This document shows, in pieces, positions 34,648 to 42,465 of a stretch of DNA of 64,000 bases (positions are counted from its first letter, which is position 1; each line of letters begins with the position of its first letter). The DNA lies in the IMG/VR virus record IMGVR_UViG_3300045988_069864, one strand, 5' to 3'. The position numbers and the translations under genes are program-made. Under the pieces are notes generated by a model. It saw only the letters and a list, made by a program, of their open reading frames with translations. It was not told where the DNA came from and made no database searches. The DNA is from a virus.

Positions 34648-36105
34648 TTATGCAAATTTCCAGTAGACATGAAGATCTTCTTCGTCTACGACAATCTCTT
34701 TAATCAGCTCTTGTACAAGGGCTTTGATCTCGTCAATATCTCCACTATCAATCACATCACACAAACTCGATGCGATTTCTACAGCTTCTTCTTTTGACAT
34801 CTTCTCTTTATTTTCTAAAGATCTCATGTTAACTTCTAGCTTTTCTTTTTCAGCGAGCAATGCATCGGTTCTACTCTTAATCACATTTATATCTAGAGTT
34901 CCAAGAGTATATAAATCTATCAATTTATCAAGTTGTGAATCTATTTCTTCGATACGTTTGGAGATGACTTTTATTTTCATCGCATTCTCATCGCTTTCGG
35001 TTGAACCAATATCAAACGATTCCGGATGTAATGCAAGTTTACGAACTTCATCAAACACTTCTTTCTCGAGTTCTTCAGCTTTCCAAATTTTATTTTTGCA
35101 ACGTTCTTCTTTGGGTATGTCTTTCCACTTACCAGCACGACAAGATCGTTTGTAGCAATTGCAATACAACTTCGCACTGTTCTTGGTCTTCGCTCGACGG
35201 AAGAAGAACTTATTTCCGCAGTGACCGCAACGTATCATTCCAGCAAGAGGAGCATTAATTCGAGATATACGACTGTTAGCATCTTCGTCACGCTCGGCTA
35301 GTATAGCCTGTGTTTTTTCAAATGTTTCCTTATCTATAATCGGTTTGTGAATTCCTTCGTACCATTCACCTTTATATGATACCATGCCGATATAATGCTT
35401 ATTTTCTAGCAATGGTCTAATATTATGTCGATTCCAGTTTCCATCGTAAGTAGTTCTATACCCCTTTGATTGTAGCATTTCTGCAACTCGTCTTTGCGAT
35501 ATTCTCATGTTGAACAGTCTAAACATTTCTCGAATTTGCATTGCCTCATATTCGTGGACTACGAGTTCATCATTTTCGACTCGATATCCGATAGGTACGT
35601 AACGACTACCACACCATTTTCCTTCTTTGGCTCTACCGATCTTACCAACTTCCATACGCTCTTTTATTTGTTCACGTTCAAGTTGGGCGAAAACACTTAG
35701 AATACCAATCATAGCTCGTCCGAACGGCGTACTCGTATCTAGATTCTCAGTCATACTAATGAAATCTACGTTGTTTGGAAGGAACACGTCCTCGATAAGA
35801 GTCAGTGTATCCTTCTGCGAACGTGAAAGTCGATCGAGTTTATATACTAAAACGGCGTTGACCTTGTTACTTTCTGCATCTTTAATTAAAGACTGTAGTC
35901 CGGGACGATCTGTGTCTGCTCCAGAGTAACCAGCATCTGTGTATATTTTATGAACTACCCAACCTTTAGCTTCACAGTATTTAATCATTCTCTCAGTTTG
36001 TTCATTGATAGAGTATCCATCCTTAGCTTGCTCTAATGTAGATACGCGTGGATATAATGCTACACGCATGGCGTTTCTATTGACCACTCCGTATGTTTCG
36101 CCCAT
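34648..36105 (-). CDS. int: large serine recombinase (integrase)
   Basis: 485 aa. 'VALYPRVSTLEQ...GYSINEQ' is the resolvase catalytic N-terminus. It also has a recombinase domain, a Cys-rich zinc ribbon 'CGHCGNKF..' and a C-terminal coiled coil. Confidence 0.9.
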   Translation of the reverse strand: MGETYGVVNRNAMRVALYPRVSTLEQAKDGYSINEQTERMIKYCEAKGWVVHKIYTDAGYSGADTDRPGLQSLIKDAESNKVNAVLVYKLDRLSRSQKDTLTLIEDVFLPNNVDFISMTENLDTSTPFGRAMIGILSVFAQLEREQIKERMEVGKIGRAKEGKWCGSRYVPIGYRVENDELVVHEYEAMQIREMFRLFNMRISQRRVAEMLQSKGYRTTYDGNWNRHNIRPLLENKHYIGMVSYKGEWYEGIHKPIIDKETFEKTQAILAERDEDANSRISRINAPLAGMIRCGHCGNKFFFRRAKTKNSAKLYCNCYKRSCRAGKWKDIPKEERCKNKIWKAEELEKEVFDEVRKLALHPESFDIGSTESDENAMKIKVISKRIEEIDSQLDKLIDLYTLGTLDINVIKSRTDALLAEKEKLEVNMRSLENKEKMSKEEAVEIASSLCDVIDSGDIDEIKALVQELIKEIVVDEEDLHVYWKFA

Positions 36106-36110
36106 TTAAA

Positions 36111-36500
36111 TCATTCCCCTTTATCTAAGATGTCTTTAGCCAATTGTAGAATTTTAATAAGCATATATTTTTCTCGCTCAGTGACTTGCCTCGAGCCGAT
36201 TGTCAGATATTTAGAGTTCTTTACATAATTAATGAAATGATCCAATGAAAACAACAAATTGGTCGTCTTCCCTTCATTTCGTTCTTTAATGTCTGATTTA
36301 CCAATAAGCCAAGCAGGATTCACATTGAGCATAGATGCTATAGTTTCTAAAACTGGCAACTTGATGTCTTTTATTTCTCCATTCTCGTATCTGTGTATTG
36401 TAGCTTTACTCAGTCCTGTATAAGCAGCTACATCCGCAACTGATATATTTAAGGCTTTGCGTTGCTGTCGTATTCGCTTGCCTATTTCCATGTTCTTCAT
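36111..36500 (-). CDS. CI-like XRE-family repressor
   Basis: 129 aa. 'IGKRIRQQRKALNISVADVAAYTGLSKATIHRYENG' is an HTH_3 motif. Divergent from the cro-like gene. Confidence 0.8.
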   Translation of the reverse strand: MKNMEIGKRIRQQRKALNISVADVAAYTGLSKATIHRYENGEIKDIKLPVLETIASMLNVNPAWLIGKSDIKERNEGKTTNLLFSLDHFINYVKNSKYLTIGSRQVTEREKYMLIKILQLAKDILDKGE

Positions 36501-36522
36501 ATATTCACTCCTTCCATGTATA

Positions 36523-36552
36523 ATTATAAGCTAAAAAATTGCGCCATGCGAA
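36523..36552 (-). promoter_or_regulatory. sigma-A-type promoter candidate for the repressor/integrase operon
   Basis: The minus strand reads TTCGCA-N18-TATAAT, upstream of GGAAGGAG and the repressor ATG. Confidence 0.5.
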
Positions 36553-36561
36553 TGATTTGTA

Positions 36562-36572
36562 TGCGTAACGCA
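36562..36572. promoter_or_regulatory. operator candidate (palindrome TGCGT-A-ACGCA)
   Basis: Perfect 5+1+5 inverted repeat in the divergent intergenic region. Confidence 0.4.
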
Positions 36573-36588
36573 ACTTTCTATGTTATTT

Positions 36589-36610
36589 CAAACTTTTTTC
36601 AAACTTTTTT
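36589..36610. repeat. tandem 11-nt repeat CAAACTTTTTT x2
   Basis: Perfect direct repeat in the switch region. Confidence 0.8.
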
Positions 36611-36637
36611 CATAAATTCGAGTTATTATTCTTTTTA

Positions 36638-36665
36638 GTCGCATAACGCGACAAAATTTTATAAG
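36638..36665 (+). promoter_or_regulatory. cro-side promoter-like variant of the bipartite motif, overlapping an operator-like inverted repeat
   Basis: GTCGCA TAACGCGACAAAATTT TATAAG. GTCGC-ATAAC-GCGAC (36638-36652) is an inverted repeat. Confidence 0.4.
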
Positions 36666-36677
36666 GAGTGACGCATT

Positions 36678-36899
36678 TTGATAAACACTAAAGAATTAAA
36701 GAAACTACTTATAGATAAAAATTTGAAAGTTAGCGATATAGCTGTACATATAGAGAAATCATATTCTAGCACAATGCTTAAGATAAACGGTAAATCTTCG
36801 ATGTCGTTAGGAGAAGCAGAGAAGATTCAGTTTCTTTTAGATATAGATGACAATGACTTTTGTTTTTATTTCTTGAGTCATGAGTCCGGGCTATGGTAA
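36678..36899 (+). CDS. Cro-like small DNA-binding protein
   Basis: 73 aa, TTG start after AAGGAG. Divergent from the repressor. 'LKVSDIAVHIEKSYSSTMLKING' is HTH-like. Confidence 0.55.
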   Translation: MINTKELKKLLIDKNLKVSDIAVHIEKSYSSTMLKINGKSSMSLGEAEKIQFLLDIDDNDFCFYFLSHESGLW

Positions 36900-37007
36900 T
36901 CCATCACATGGTCGATGGAACGATAAGGCATAGTATAGATGGTCTTATCATTCCCAAAAGTTTTGTGACTGTATACGAATTAGCAAACAAAAGAAGAGGA
37001 ATACAAA

Positions 37008-37427
37008 ATGGCAACAGTAATACGAGCGGAACTATCAAAAAGAAATAAGTACTGGGTCGAGAAACACCGATACTACGAATTGAAACATTTTTGCTTGCAA
37101 TATCCAATTTGGAAACGAGCATATTCCGAGATTGAAATGCTAGGTGGGTGTACGTACGATCCAATGATATTTCATAGATCGAGTTCGCCAGGCGACCCAA
37201 CCGGACGACTAGCCGAGAAGCGGATGCTGTACCACGATCGAATGAAACTTGTCGAGCAAACAGCATTAGCCGCCGATTCGGAACTAGCCACTTATATTTT
37301 AAAGGGGGTGACTGAAGAACTAAGTTTTAACATGCTGAAATCAAAGTTGGACATACCGTGTAGTAAAGATACTTACTACGATCGGTACAGAAGATTCTTT
37401 TGGTTATTGGATGAAATAAGAGATTGA
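37008..37427 (+). CDS. RinA/ArpU-like (sigma region-4-like) phage transcriptional regulator
   Basis: 139 aa. 'YYELKHFCLQYPIWK' N-terminus and C-terminal 'DIPCSKDTYYDRYRRFFWLLDE' resemble the architecture of RinA-family late activators. Confidence 0.45.
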   Translation: MATVIRAELSKRNKYWVEKHRYYELKHFCLQYPIWKRAYSEIEMLGGCTYDPMIFHRSSSPGDPTGRLAEKRMLYHDRMKLVEQTALAADSELATYILKGVTEELSFNMLKSKLDIPCSKDTYYDRYRRFFWLLDEIRD

Positions 37428-37447
37428 TATTTTAGGAGGAAACAACA

Positions 37448-37588
37448 ATGGAAAACAAAATTCTTAATGCAGTAATGATTGCAGTAGCAGGCGGTATCGT
37501 GGCTAAAGTATTGAAAACAGTAAGAGATAGAAAGATCGAAAAAGAATTATATGATACGGAGGTTGTTTGCGATGAACAATCAGATAAA
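37448..37588 (+). CDS. small membrane protein (46 aa)
   Basis: SD AGGAGGAAA. TM segment 'ILNAVMIAVAGGIVAKVL'. Confidence 0.45.
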
Positions 37589-37802
37589 GAGTAGTATTCG
37601 TGCAAAAGCTAGATTAATTTACGGATTACTGAATGTTCTTGAATACGATATTGATAATCTTCGTTCAGATGTAAACACTTGCGAAGTTGCTAGTTTGATG
37701 AAAACCATCCAAGATACTAACATGACACTTGAAAACCTAATCGATATTGTAGCTGAGATCGAATACTTATTATATTTACATAATGCAGAGGAGTCCCTAT
37801 AG
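37572..37802 (+). CDS. hypothetical protein
   Basis: 76 aa. SD GGAGG before ATG 37572. Followed by a terminator. Confidence 0.5.
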   Translation: MNNQIKSSIRAKARLIYGLLNVLEYDIDNLRSDVNTCEVASLMKTIQDTNMTLENLIDIVAEIEYLLYLHNAEESL

Positions 37803-37813
37803 GGGCTCTTTTT
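37791..37813 (+). terminator. intrinsic terminator
   Basis: GAGTCCC TATA GGGGCTC followed by TTTTT. Confidence 0.7.
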
Positions 37814-37814
37814 G

Positions 37815-37842
37815 TTCGCGCGAAAAGCATGTTCATTTATGA
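37815..37842 (+). promoter_or_regulatory. Bipartite promoter-like motif copy
   Basis: TTCGCG CGAAAAGCATGTTCAT TTATGA. Confidence 0.55.
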
Positions 37843-37944
37843 AGAGAGAACAAAAGTGAACATTAGAAAGACAAATTTATAAGATGCGACCGTCTATGCC
37901 TTCGCAAGAAGGAGGGAACACATATCGCACTCTCTTTTCATTTT
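37841..37944 (+). ncRNA. candidate ~100-nt ORF-less RNA closed by stem AAGAGAG/CTCTCTT plus a T-run
   Basis: 37842-37848 pairs with 37930-37936, followed by TTTTCATTTT. There is no SD-preceded ORF. The next motif copy follows immediately. Confidence 0.3.
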
Positions 37945-37970
37945 CGCGAAAAAAACTTGTTCCTTTATGC
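37943..37970 (+). promoter_or_regulatory. Bipartite promoter-like motif copy
   Basis: TTCGCG AAAAAAACTTGTTCCT TTATGC. Confidence 0.55.
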
Positions 37971-37997
37971 AAATAAAACTTTTAGGAGGAATTTATT

Positions 37998-38150
37998 ATG
38001 ATGCCTGTAGGAGCTAAAATTGTGTCGAATATTGCTATTGGAATTATTTATATATGCACGATTCCAGTTGTAGTTACGACAATCAAAGCTGTCATTGCAG
38101 AAATCAAAAATATTCTTAGCGAAGAAGCATTTGACGACGAGGAGAGCTGA
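37998..38150 (+). CDS. small membrane protein (50 aa)
   Basis: SD TAGGAGGAA. TM segment 'IVSNIAIGIIYICTIPVVV'. Acidic tail. Confidence 0.5.
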   Translation: MMPVGAKIVSNIAIGIIYICTIPVVVTTIKAVIAEIKNILSEEAFDDEES

Positions 38151-38170
38151 GCAAGCTCTTCTTTTTTATT
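38143..38170 (+). terminator. intrinsic terminator
   Basis: AGAGCT GAGCA AGCTCT followed by TCTTTTTTAT. Confidence 0.7.
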
Positions 38171-38197
38171 TCGCGTAGAAAACATCCTCCTTTATGC
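38170..38197 (+). promoter_or_regulatory. Bipartite promoter-like motif copy
   Basis: TTCGCG TAGAAAACATCCTCCT TTATGC. The motif and 5'UTR are near-identical to the copy at 37943. Confidence 0.55.
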
Positions 38198-38225
38198 AGA
38201 ATAAAACTTTTAGGAGGTATTTATT

Positions 38226-38426
38226 ATGAGTAACAGTATTATTCACAAGGTATTGGATTGGACTGAGAAAACAACGAATGAACTCGATCCTAAGACTGAC
38301 AAACATGCCTACGCAAAAGCGTTTGGTTTGGGTGCCATTGAAGGATTGATTGATTCCGCTGTATTCTGGTATCTGCCATTGCTTGCATTGTGCTATTACT
38401 GGAAAGGTAAGGCTGAAAAGAAGTAA
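38226..38426 (+). CDS. small membrane protein (66 aa)
   Basis: SD TAGGAGGTA. C-terminal TM 'AVFWYLPLLALCYYW'. Confidence 0.55.
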   Translation: MSNSIIHKVLDWTEKTTNELDPKTDKHAYAKAFGLGAIEGLIDSAVFWYLPLLALCYYWKGKAEKK

Positions 38427-38435
38427 TTCTGAGGT

Positions 38436-38470
38436 GAGGGCCATCTAAACGATGGCTCTTTCTTTTATAT
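38436..38470 (+). terminator. intrinsic terminator
   Basis: GAGGGCCATC..GATGGCTCTT followed by TCTTTTATATTTT. Confidence 0.65.
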
Positions 38471-38607
38471 TTTCTAATCTAGATTAAGTATCCTAACCTA
38501 GCTTTAAAAGTTCCGTACTCGGGTGACGACAAACAATGTTATTTTTATAAAGTCGAAATTTTCCCGGGTGGGATTTTTGAAAAAACAAAATGAAAGGAGG
38601 TGGGTAT

Positions 38608-38823
38608 ATGGATTACATAATTCTCTTTGTTGTCTGTATCTTGGTTAATATTGCGATCAACATTATATTTTTCGATCATAAACCATCCGGAACCCTTCGA
38701 ATCGATCATTCTAATCCTGAGAAAGATATCTATCGTTTTGAAATAAACGATTTTGATGCACTGTCCAAGAAAAAGCGAATCGTCATCAATGTGGATAACA
38801 ATGCTTATCTTTCGCAAGAGTAG
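38608..38823 (+). CDS. small membrane protein (71 aa)
   Basis: SD AAAGGAGGTGGG. N-terminal TM 'IILFVVCILVNIAINIIFF'. Confidence 0.55.
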   Translation: MDYIILFVVCILVNIAINIIFFDHKPSGTLRIDHSNPEKDIYRFEINDFDALSKKKRIVINVDNNAYLSQE

Positions 38824-38874
38824 CATGCACTATTATGGAACGTAAGTTCACATATTTGAAAGGAGTAGTTATTT

Positions 38875-39258
38875 ATGAGCTACAAGACCCTGTTGAATGA
38901 AGAAATCGAAAACGAGTTCAAAGAATTAAAGAAATTGAATGTTGGCTCGGAACAGTACAAAACGGCAGTTGATGGTCTGACCAAACTGATGGACAAAAAT
39001 CTTGAGATTCAGAAGTTCGAAGCGGAACGTTCGGAGAAGGATACTAGTCATTGTGACGACTATGAACTTCAAACGAAACAGTTCGAAAGCGAACGTCGGG
39101 ATCGCATTGTGAAGAACGTCCTGACTGCGGCCGGTATCGTATTGCCGCTTGGTGTAACTATCTGGGGAACAATCGTATCGATGGATTTTGAGAAGGAGGA
39201 GACGTTTACTACGATCATGGGTCGAGGCTTTATCCAAAAGCTTCTTCCAAAGAAGTAA
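38875..39258 (+). CDS. hypothetical coiled-coil protein with a C-terminal TM helix
   Basis: 127 aa. SD AAAGGAG. Confidence 0.55.
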   Translation: MSYKTLLNEEIENEFKELKKLNVGSEQYKTAVDGLTKLMDKNLEIQKFEAERSEKDTSHCDDYELQTKQFESERRDRIVKNVLTAAGIVLPLGVTIWGTIVSMDFEKEETFTTIMGRGFIQKLLPKK

Positions 39259-39270
39259 GAACTAAGTTTT

Positions 39271-39305
39271 AAGAAGGGGCCGTGGAAACATGGTCTCTTC
39301 TTTTT
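39271..39305 (+). terminator. intrinsic terminator
   Basis: AAGAAGGGGCC..GGTCTCTTCTT followed by TTT. Confidence 0.6.
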
Positions 39306-39331
39306 CGCGAAATTTACAGCGTGTATTATGA
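39304..39331 (+). promoter_or_regulatory. Bipartite promoter-like motif copy
   Basis: TTCGCG AAATTTACAGCGTGTA TTATGA. Confidence 0.55.
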
Positions 39332-39480
39332 GAGAAAGCAATGGATAAATGCTGGTGGAAATCCAGCGGTGAGACACGAAGGCGGTGCGCCAAGTAATAA
39401 CTTAATAAAAGATGCACCCTACCGGGCAACGGTTTTCGTTGGGCCGACCCTGAAGTCATTACTTTCTCTCTTTTATTTTT
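39330..39480 (+). promoter_or_regulatory. structured ~150-nt leader: a 13/14-bp closing stem around an internal multi-hairpin domain, followed by a T-run (attenuator, riboswitch-like element or sRNA candidate)
   Basis: GAGAGAAAGCAATG 39330-39343 pairs with CATTACTTTCTCTC 39457-39470, then TTTTATTTTT. Internal hairpins are GCTGG..CCAGC and CAACG-GTTTT-CGTTG. Confidence 0.4.
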
Positions 39481-39508
39481 ACAAAACTTTTACAAGGAGA
39501 GGATTGTC

Positions 39509-40250
39509 ATGAGATTACGTCCCAGGCTTAGAAAGATTCATTAAAAAGAATGGAGCAACTATTCTAACTGGTATCGGGGTCACCGGAGTTGTGGCTACTT
39601 CAGTTTTAGTCGGTAAAGCTACATTCAAAGCTTCCGAAATTTTAGAAGAAACCAAGAAAGAAAAAGGTGGAAAACTGGAAACTATGGAAGCCGTTAAACT
39701 TGTAGCTCCGGTTTATATTCCGTCAATCGTAATGGGCGCATCTACTATTGCTTGTATTCTTGGTGCGAACGTACTGAACAGACATCATCAAGCAGCTTTA
39801 ACTAGTGCGTATGCGTTTGTTGATCAATCTTTCAAAGAGTACAAAGCAAAAGTTACTGAATTGTATGGTGAAGAAGCCGATCAAGCAGTAGAAGAGGCAA
39901 TCGAGCAAGATCATGTTTCAGGAGAAAACGATCTTCAATTATTCTATGATGAATTATCAGACCGATATTTTGAATCTACGCCATACAGAGTCCAAAGAGC
40001 AGAATACGAGTTGAATAGAAATATGCTTAAGCGAGACTATGCATACTTGAATGAATGGTATGAAGAATTAGACCTAGACATCGTAGAGAACGGCTATGCT
40101 TTAGGTTGGTCTACATTCCAATGTATGGAAATGTACTGGCAACCATGGATTGACTTCGATCACTATTCATTCACCACTGAAGATGGTCGAGAATGTATGG
40201 GACTTTGCATTATCCAACAACCGATCTTAGATTTTGAGGATTATTGCTAA
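39509..40250 (+). pseudogene. 2-TM paralog 1; the SD-preceded ATG (39509) is out of frame by +1 with the conserved body
   Basis: The ATG frame stops at 39542-39544. The body frame is open from 39513 and encodes 'LERFIKKNGATILTGIGVTGVV', homologous to the paralog 2 N-terminus. The only in-frame start is GTG 39591, inside the first TM helix. Confidence 0.5.
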
Positions 40251-40276
40251 TTCGCGATAGAAACTCCTTCTTTAAT
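40249..40276 (+). promoter_or_regulatory. Bipartite promoter-like motif copy
   Basis: TTCGCG ATAGAAACTCCTTCTT TAATGA. Confidence 0.5.
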
Positions 40277-40303
40277 GAAAGATATTTAAAGGAGGAACCT
40301 ACT

Positions 40304-40603
40304 ATGTTAAACAAACAAGTTAAAAACCTATTCGAAAGCGAAAAGATGGCTAGAAACATAGAAAACTTTGTGGAAAATATCTACATTGACCAGCTTGTAC
40401 GAGATGATCTCGGAGTTGAAGAGAAAGAAGACATTGCCAAAAGAGCTAAGGAACATTTAGCTAATATGGGAAAGTACGAAGAACAAAACTCTGAGTACTG
40501 GTACAAGTATGGCATTATTGAAGGTGAAATCAAAGGTATGTGGAAAGCTATTGGTGTCTTTGCAGTAAGTTATGCACTTGGAGCTTTACTATTTAGAAAA
40601 TGA
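40304..40603 (+). CDS. hypothetical protein with a C-terminal TM helix
   Basis: 99 aa. SD AAAGGAGGAA. Confidence 0.55.
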   Translation: MLNKQVKNLFESEKMARNIENFVENIYIDQLVRDDLGVEEKEDIAKRAKEHLANMGKYEEQNSEYWYKYGIIEGEIKGMWKAIGVFAVSYALGALLFRK

Positions 40604-40616
40604 CTTAAAATCTTTC

Positions 40617-40656
40617 AAGGGGAGGGTCCTTGGTCGGACTCTTCCTTTTATTTTTC
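40617..40656 (+). terminator. intrinsic terminator
   Basis: GGGGAGGGTCC..GGACTCTTCC followed by TTTTATTTTT. Confidence 0.65.
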
Positions 40657-40667
40657 CGGAGATAACA

Positions 40668-41024
40668 ATGAGATACCATTATGAAAAACCAGCTATATAT
40701 TCGTCTAAATATGGTGCTACATATACATGTAACCATCCAGTTTACAATAAATGTACTTTATATTTAATTGACGGGAAAGGATTAGCCGTAATCCAGCAGC
40801 GATGTGACGATGAAAAACGAACCTGGTGGGATGAGATAGATCCATGGTTAACTAATGAATTATATTTACATCCAAGATTCAAAAAATTCTTCGATACTCG
40901 CGCAGGAAAGCATGACGAGGGATTATATCCAACTGTGACCATTAGACAAATAATGTGGGCATTAAGAATGAAACCTTTAAAACGTGAGCGATGGGAAACA
41001 TGTTTTGATAAAAAAGATATTTAG
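40668..41024 (+). CDS. conserved hypothetical phage protein
   Basis: 118 aa. SD GGAGA. 'CTLYLIDGKGLAVIQQRCDDEKRTWWDEID'. Confidence 0.5.
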   Translation: MRYHYEKPAIYSSKYGATYTCNHPVYNKCTLYLIDGKGLAVIQQRCDDEKRTWWDEIDPWLTNELYLHPRFKKFFDTRAGKHDEGLYPTVTIRQIMWALRMKPLKRERWETCFDKKDI

Positions 41025-41025
41025 T

Positions 41026-41053
41026 TTCGCGATGAAAACATTTTCCTTTATGA
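41026..41053 (+). promoter_or_regulatory. Bipartite promoter-like motif copy
   Basis: TTCGCG ATGAAAACATTTTCCT TTATGA. Confidence 0.55.
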
Positions 41054-41085
41054 GAAAATAAACTTTCTGAAAAGGAGAAAGGAAT

Positions 41086-41310
41086 ATGTTTGACATTATG
41101 CAAATCAAAACTAAATTCATGAGAGGCATGATCGCAAAATTGATCGGAATAGCAATTAAGAACAAATTGGGCTGTAAGATTAAAGTCCAATTTGACGATA
41201 TTGATATTCGCATCGATGACGAGATTGCTCACGTACATGTGAACGGTGGATTTGACATGAAAGTCGACGATCTAAAAAAGTTCACAAAGTTTATCGACGA
41301 AGAGGACTGA
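41086..41310 (+). CDS. hypothetical protein
   Basis: 74 aa. SD AAAGGAGAAAGG. Confidence 0.55.
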   Translation: MFDIMQIKTKFMRGMIAKLIGIAIKNKLGCKIKVQFDDIDIRIDDEIAHVHVNGGFDMKVDDLKKFTKFIDEED

Positions 41311-41337
41311 GCTAGCAATAGCTCTTCCTTTTGATAT
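41309..41337 (+). terminator. weak intrinsic terminator
   Basis: GAGCTA GCAA TAGCTC followed by TTCCTTTTGATATTT. Confidence 0.45.
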
Positions 41338-41365
41338 TTCGCAAAAATTACAAGCTGTATTATGA
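41338..41365 (+). promoter_or_regulatory. Bipartite promoter-like motif copy
   Basis: TTCGCA AAAATTACAAGCTGTA TTATGA, abutting the SD GAAAGGAGG. Confidence 0.5.
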
Positions 41366-41383
41366 GAAAGGAGGTAATGCTTT

Positions 41384-41530
41384 ATGAACGGAACTACATT
41401 GAAAATTATCAAAACTACTCTTACCGTTATCGGTTTGGGCGTAAATATCGCCTCTACCGTTTTGGCAGAGAAAGAACTTGATGTTAAGATTGCAAAAGCT
41501 GTTAGCAAAGCAGTTACCCGCCACAAGTAA
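41384..41530 (+). CDS. small membrane protein (48 aa)
   Basis: SD AAAGGAGGTAA. TM segment 'IIKTTLTVIGLGVNIASTVL'. Confidence 0.5.
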   Translation: MNGTTLKIIKTTLTVIGLGVNIASTVLAEKELDVKIAKAVSKAVTRHK

Positions 41531-41532
41531 TG

Positions 41533-41566
41533 AGAGGGGCCCACATCGGGCCTCTTTTATTTTTCC
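41533..41566 (+). terminator. intrinsic terminator
   Basis: GAGAGGGGCCC..GGGCCTCTT followed by TTATTTTT. Confidence 0.65.
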
Positions 41567-41587
41567 ACAAATGAAAGGAGTTTAACT

Positions 41588-42361
41588 ATGAACGCATCAA
41601 TCGTAACTAATTTTATCAAAAGCATTAGAAGTACCGCGACTAAGCATAGTCCTGAAATTCTCACTGGCATCGGCATTGCTGGTATGGTTACTACTACCGT
41701 ATTGGCTGTACGAGCTACTCCGAAAGCTATGACGCTCATCGAGGATAAGAAAGAGGAATTGAAAACCGAAAAATTGCCGGTGATAGAAACCGTAAAAACA
41801 ACGTGGAAATGCTATATTCCGGCGGTTATCACTGGTGCTCTTTCTGTTTCTTGTCTTGTAGGCGCAAGTGCGACTAACCTGAAACGTAATGCAGCTCTTG
41901 CTACTGCATATAAACTGTCTGAAACAGCTCTTAGTGAGTATAAGGACGCAGTAGTTGAGACTATTGGCGAGAAAAAGATGCAGGACGTTAAAGATAAAGT
42001 TGCTGAAAAACAGCTTGAGAGAAGTTCTGCTACTAGATCTGACGTGATTGTTGAGGGTAAGGGTACTACACTTTGCTGCGAAGGTTTCACTGGCAGACGT
42101 TTCTATTGCGATATGGACACATTGAAGAAAGCTGAGAACGAACTCAACCGTAATATTATTAACAACATGTATCAATCTTTGAATGATTTCTACGATTTAC
42201 TTGGGGTTGAATACAGTGAAATGGGTGACGAACTTGGCTGGAATCTTGATAGCGGGACAATTGAATTAAGTTTTAGTTCTCAGCTTACTAGTGATGGTCG
42301 TCCTTGCCTTGTTTATGACTTTAATCATGCCCCGGAGTATAACTTTTCCAACTTTCTATGA
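41588..42361 (+). CDS. 2-TM paralog 2, function unknown
   Basis: 257 aa. Two TM helices, a conserved 'RNAALATAYKLSETALSEYKDAV' segment and a C-terminal globular domain shared with paralogs 1 and 3. Confidence 0.7.
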   Translation: MNASIVTNFIKSIRSTATKHSPEILTGIGIAGMVTTTVLAVRATPKAMTLIEDKKEELKTEKLPVIETVKTTWKCYIPAVITGALSVSCLVGASATNLKRNAALATAYKLSETALSEYKDAVVETIGEKKMQDVKDKVAEKQLERSSATRSDVIVEGKGTTLCCEGFTGRRFYCDMDTLKKAENELNRNIINNMYQSLNDFYDLLGVEYSEMGDELGWNLDSGTIELSFSSQLTSDGRPCLVYDFNHAPEYNFSNFL

Positions 42362-42394
42362 TTGGTTTACACCATATATTCCGTACTATATACG

Positions 42395-42422
42395 TCCGCG
42401 AAATTTGCAAGTTATTTTATGA
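42395..42422 (+). promoter_or_regulatory. Bipartite promoter-like motif copy
   Basis: TCCGCG AAATTTGCAAGTTATT TTATGA, followed by the hairpin GAAGC-AGATA-GCTTC. Confidence 0.5.
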
Positions 42423-42465
42423 GAAGCAGATAGCTTCCGTTATATTTCGAAAGGAGTAATTAATC

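Noticed and set aside
39282-39512. 76-aa + strand ORF 'METWSLLFREIYSVYYERK...'
   Set aside because: It starts inside a terminator hairpin and runs through a motif copy and the structured leader. It has no SD. The region is better explained as non-coding regulatory RNA.
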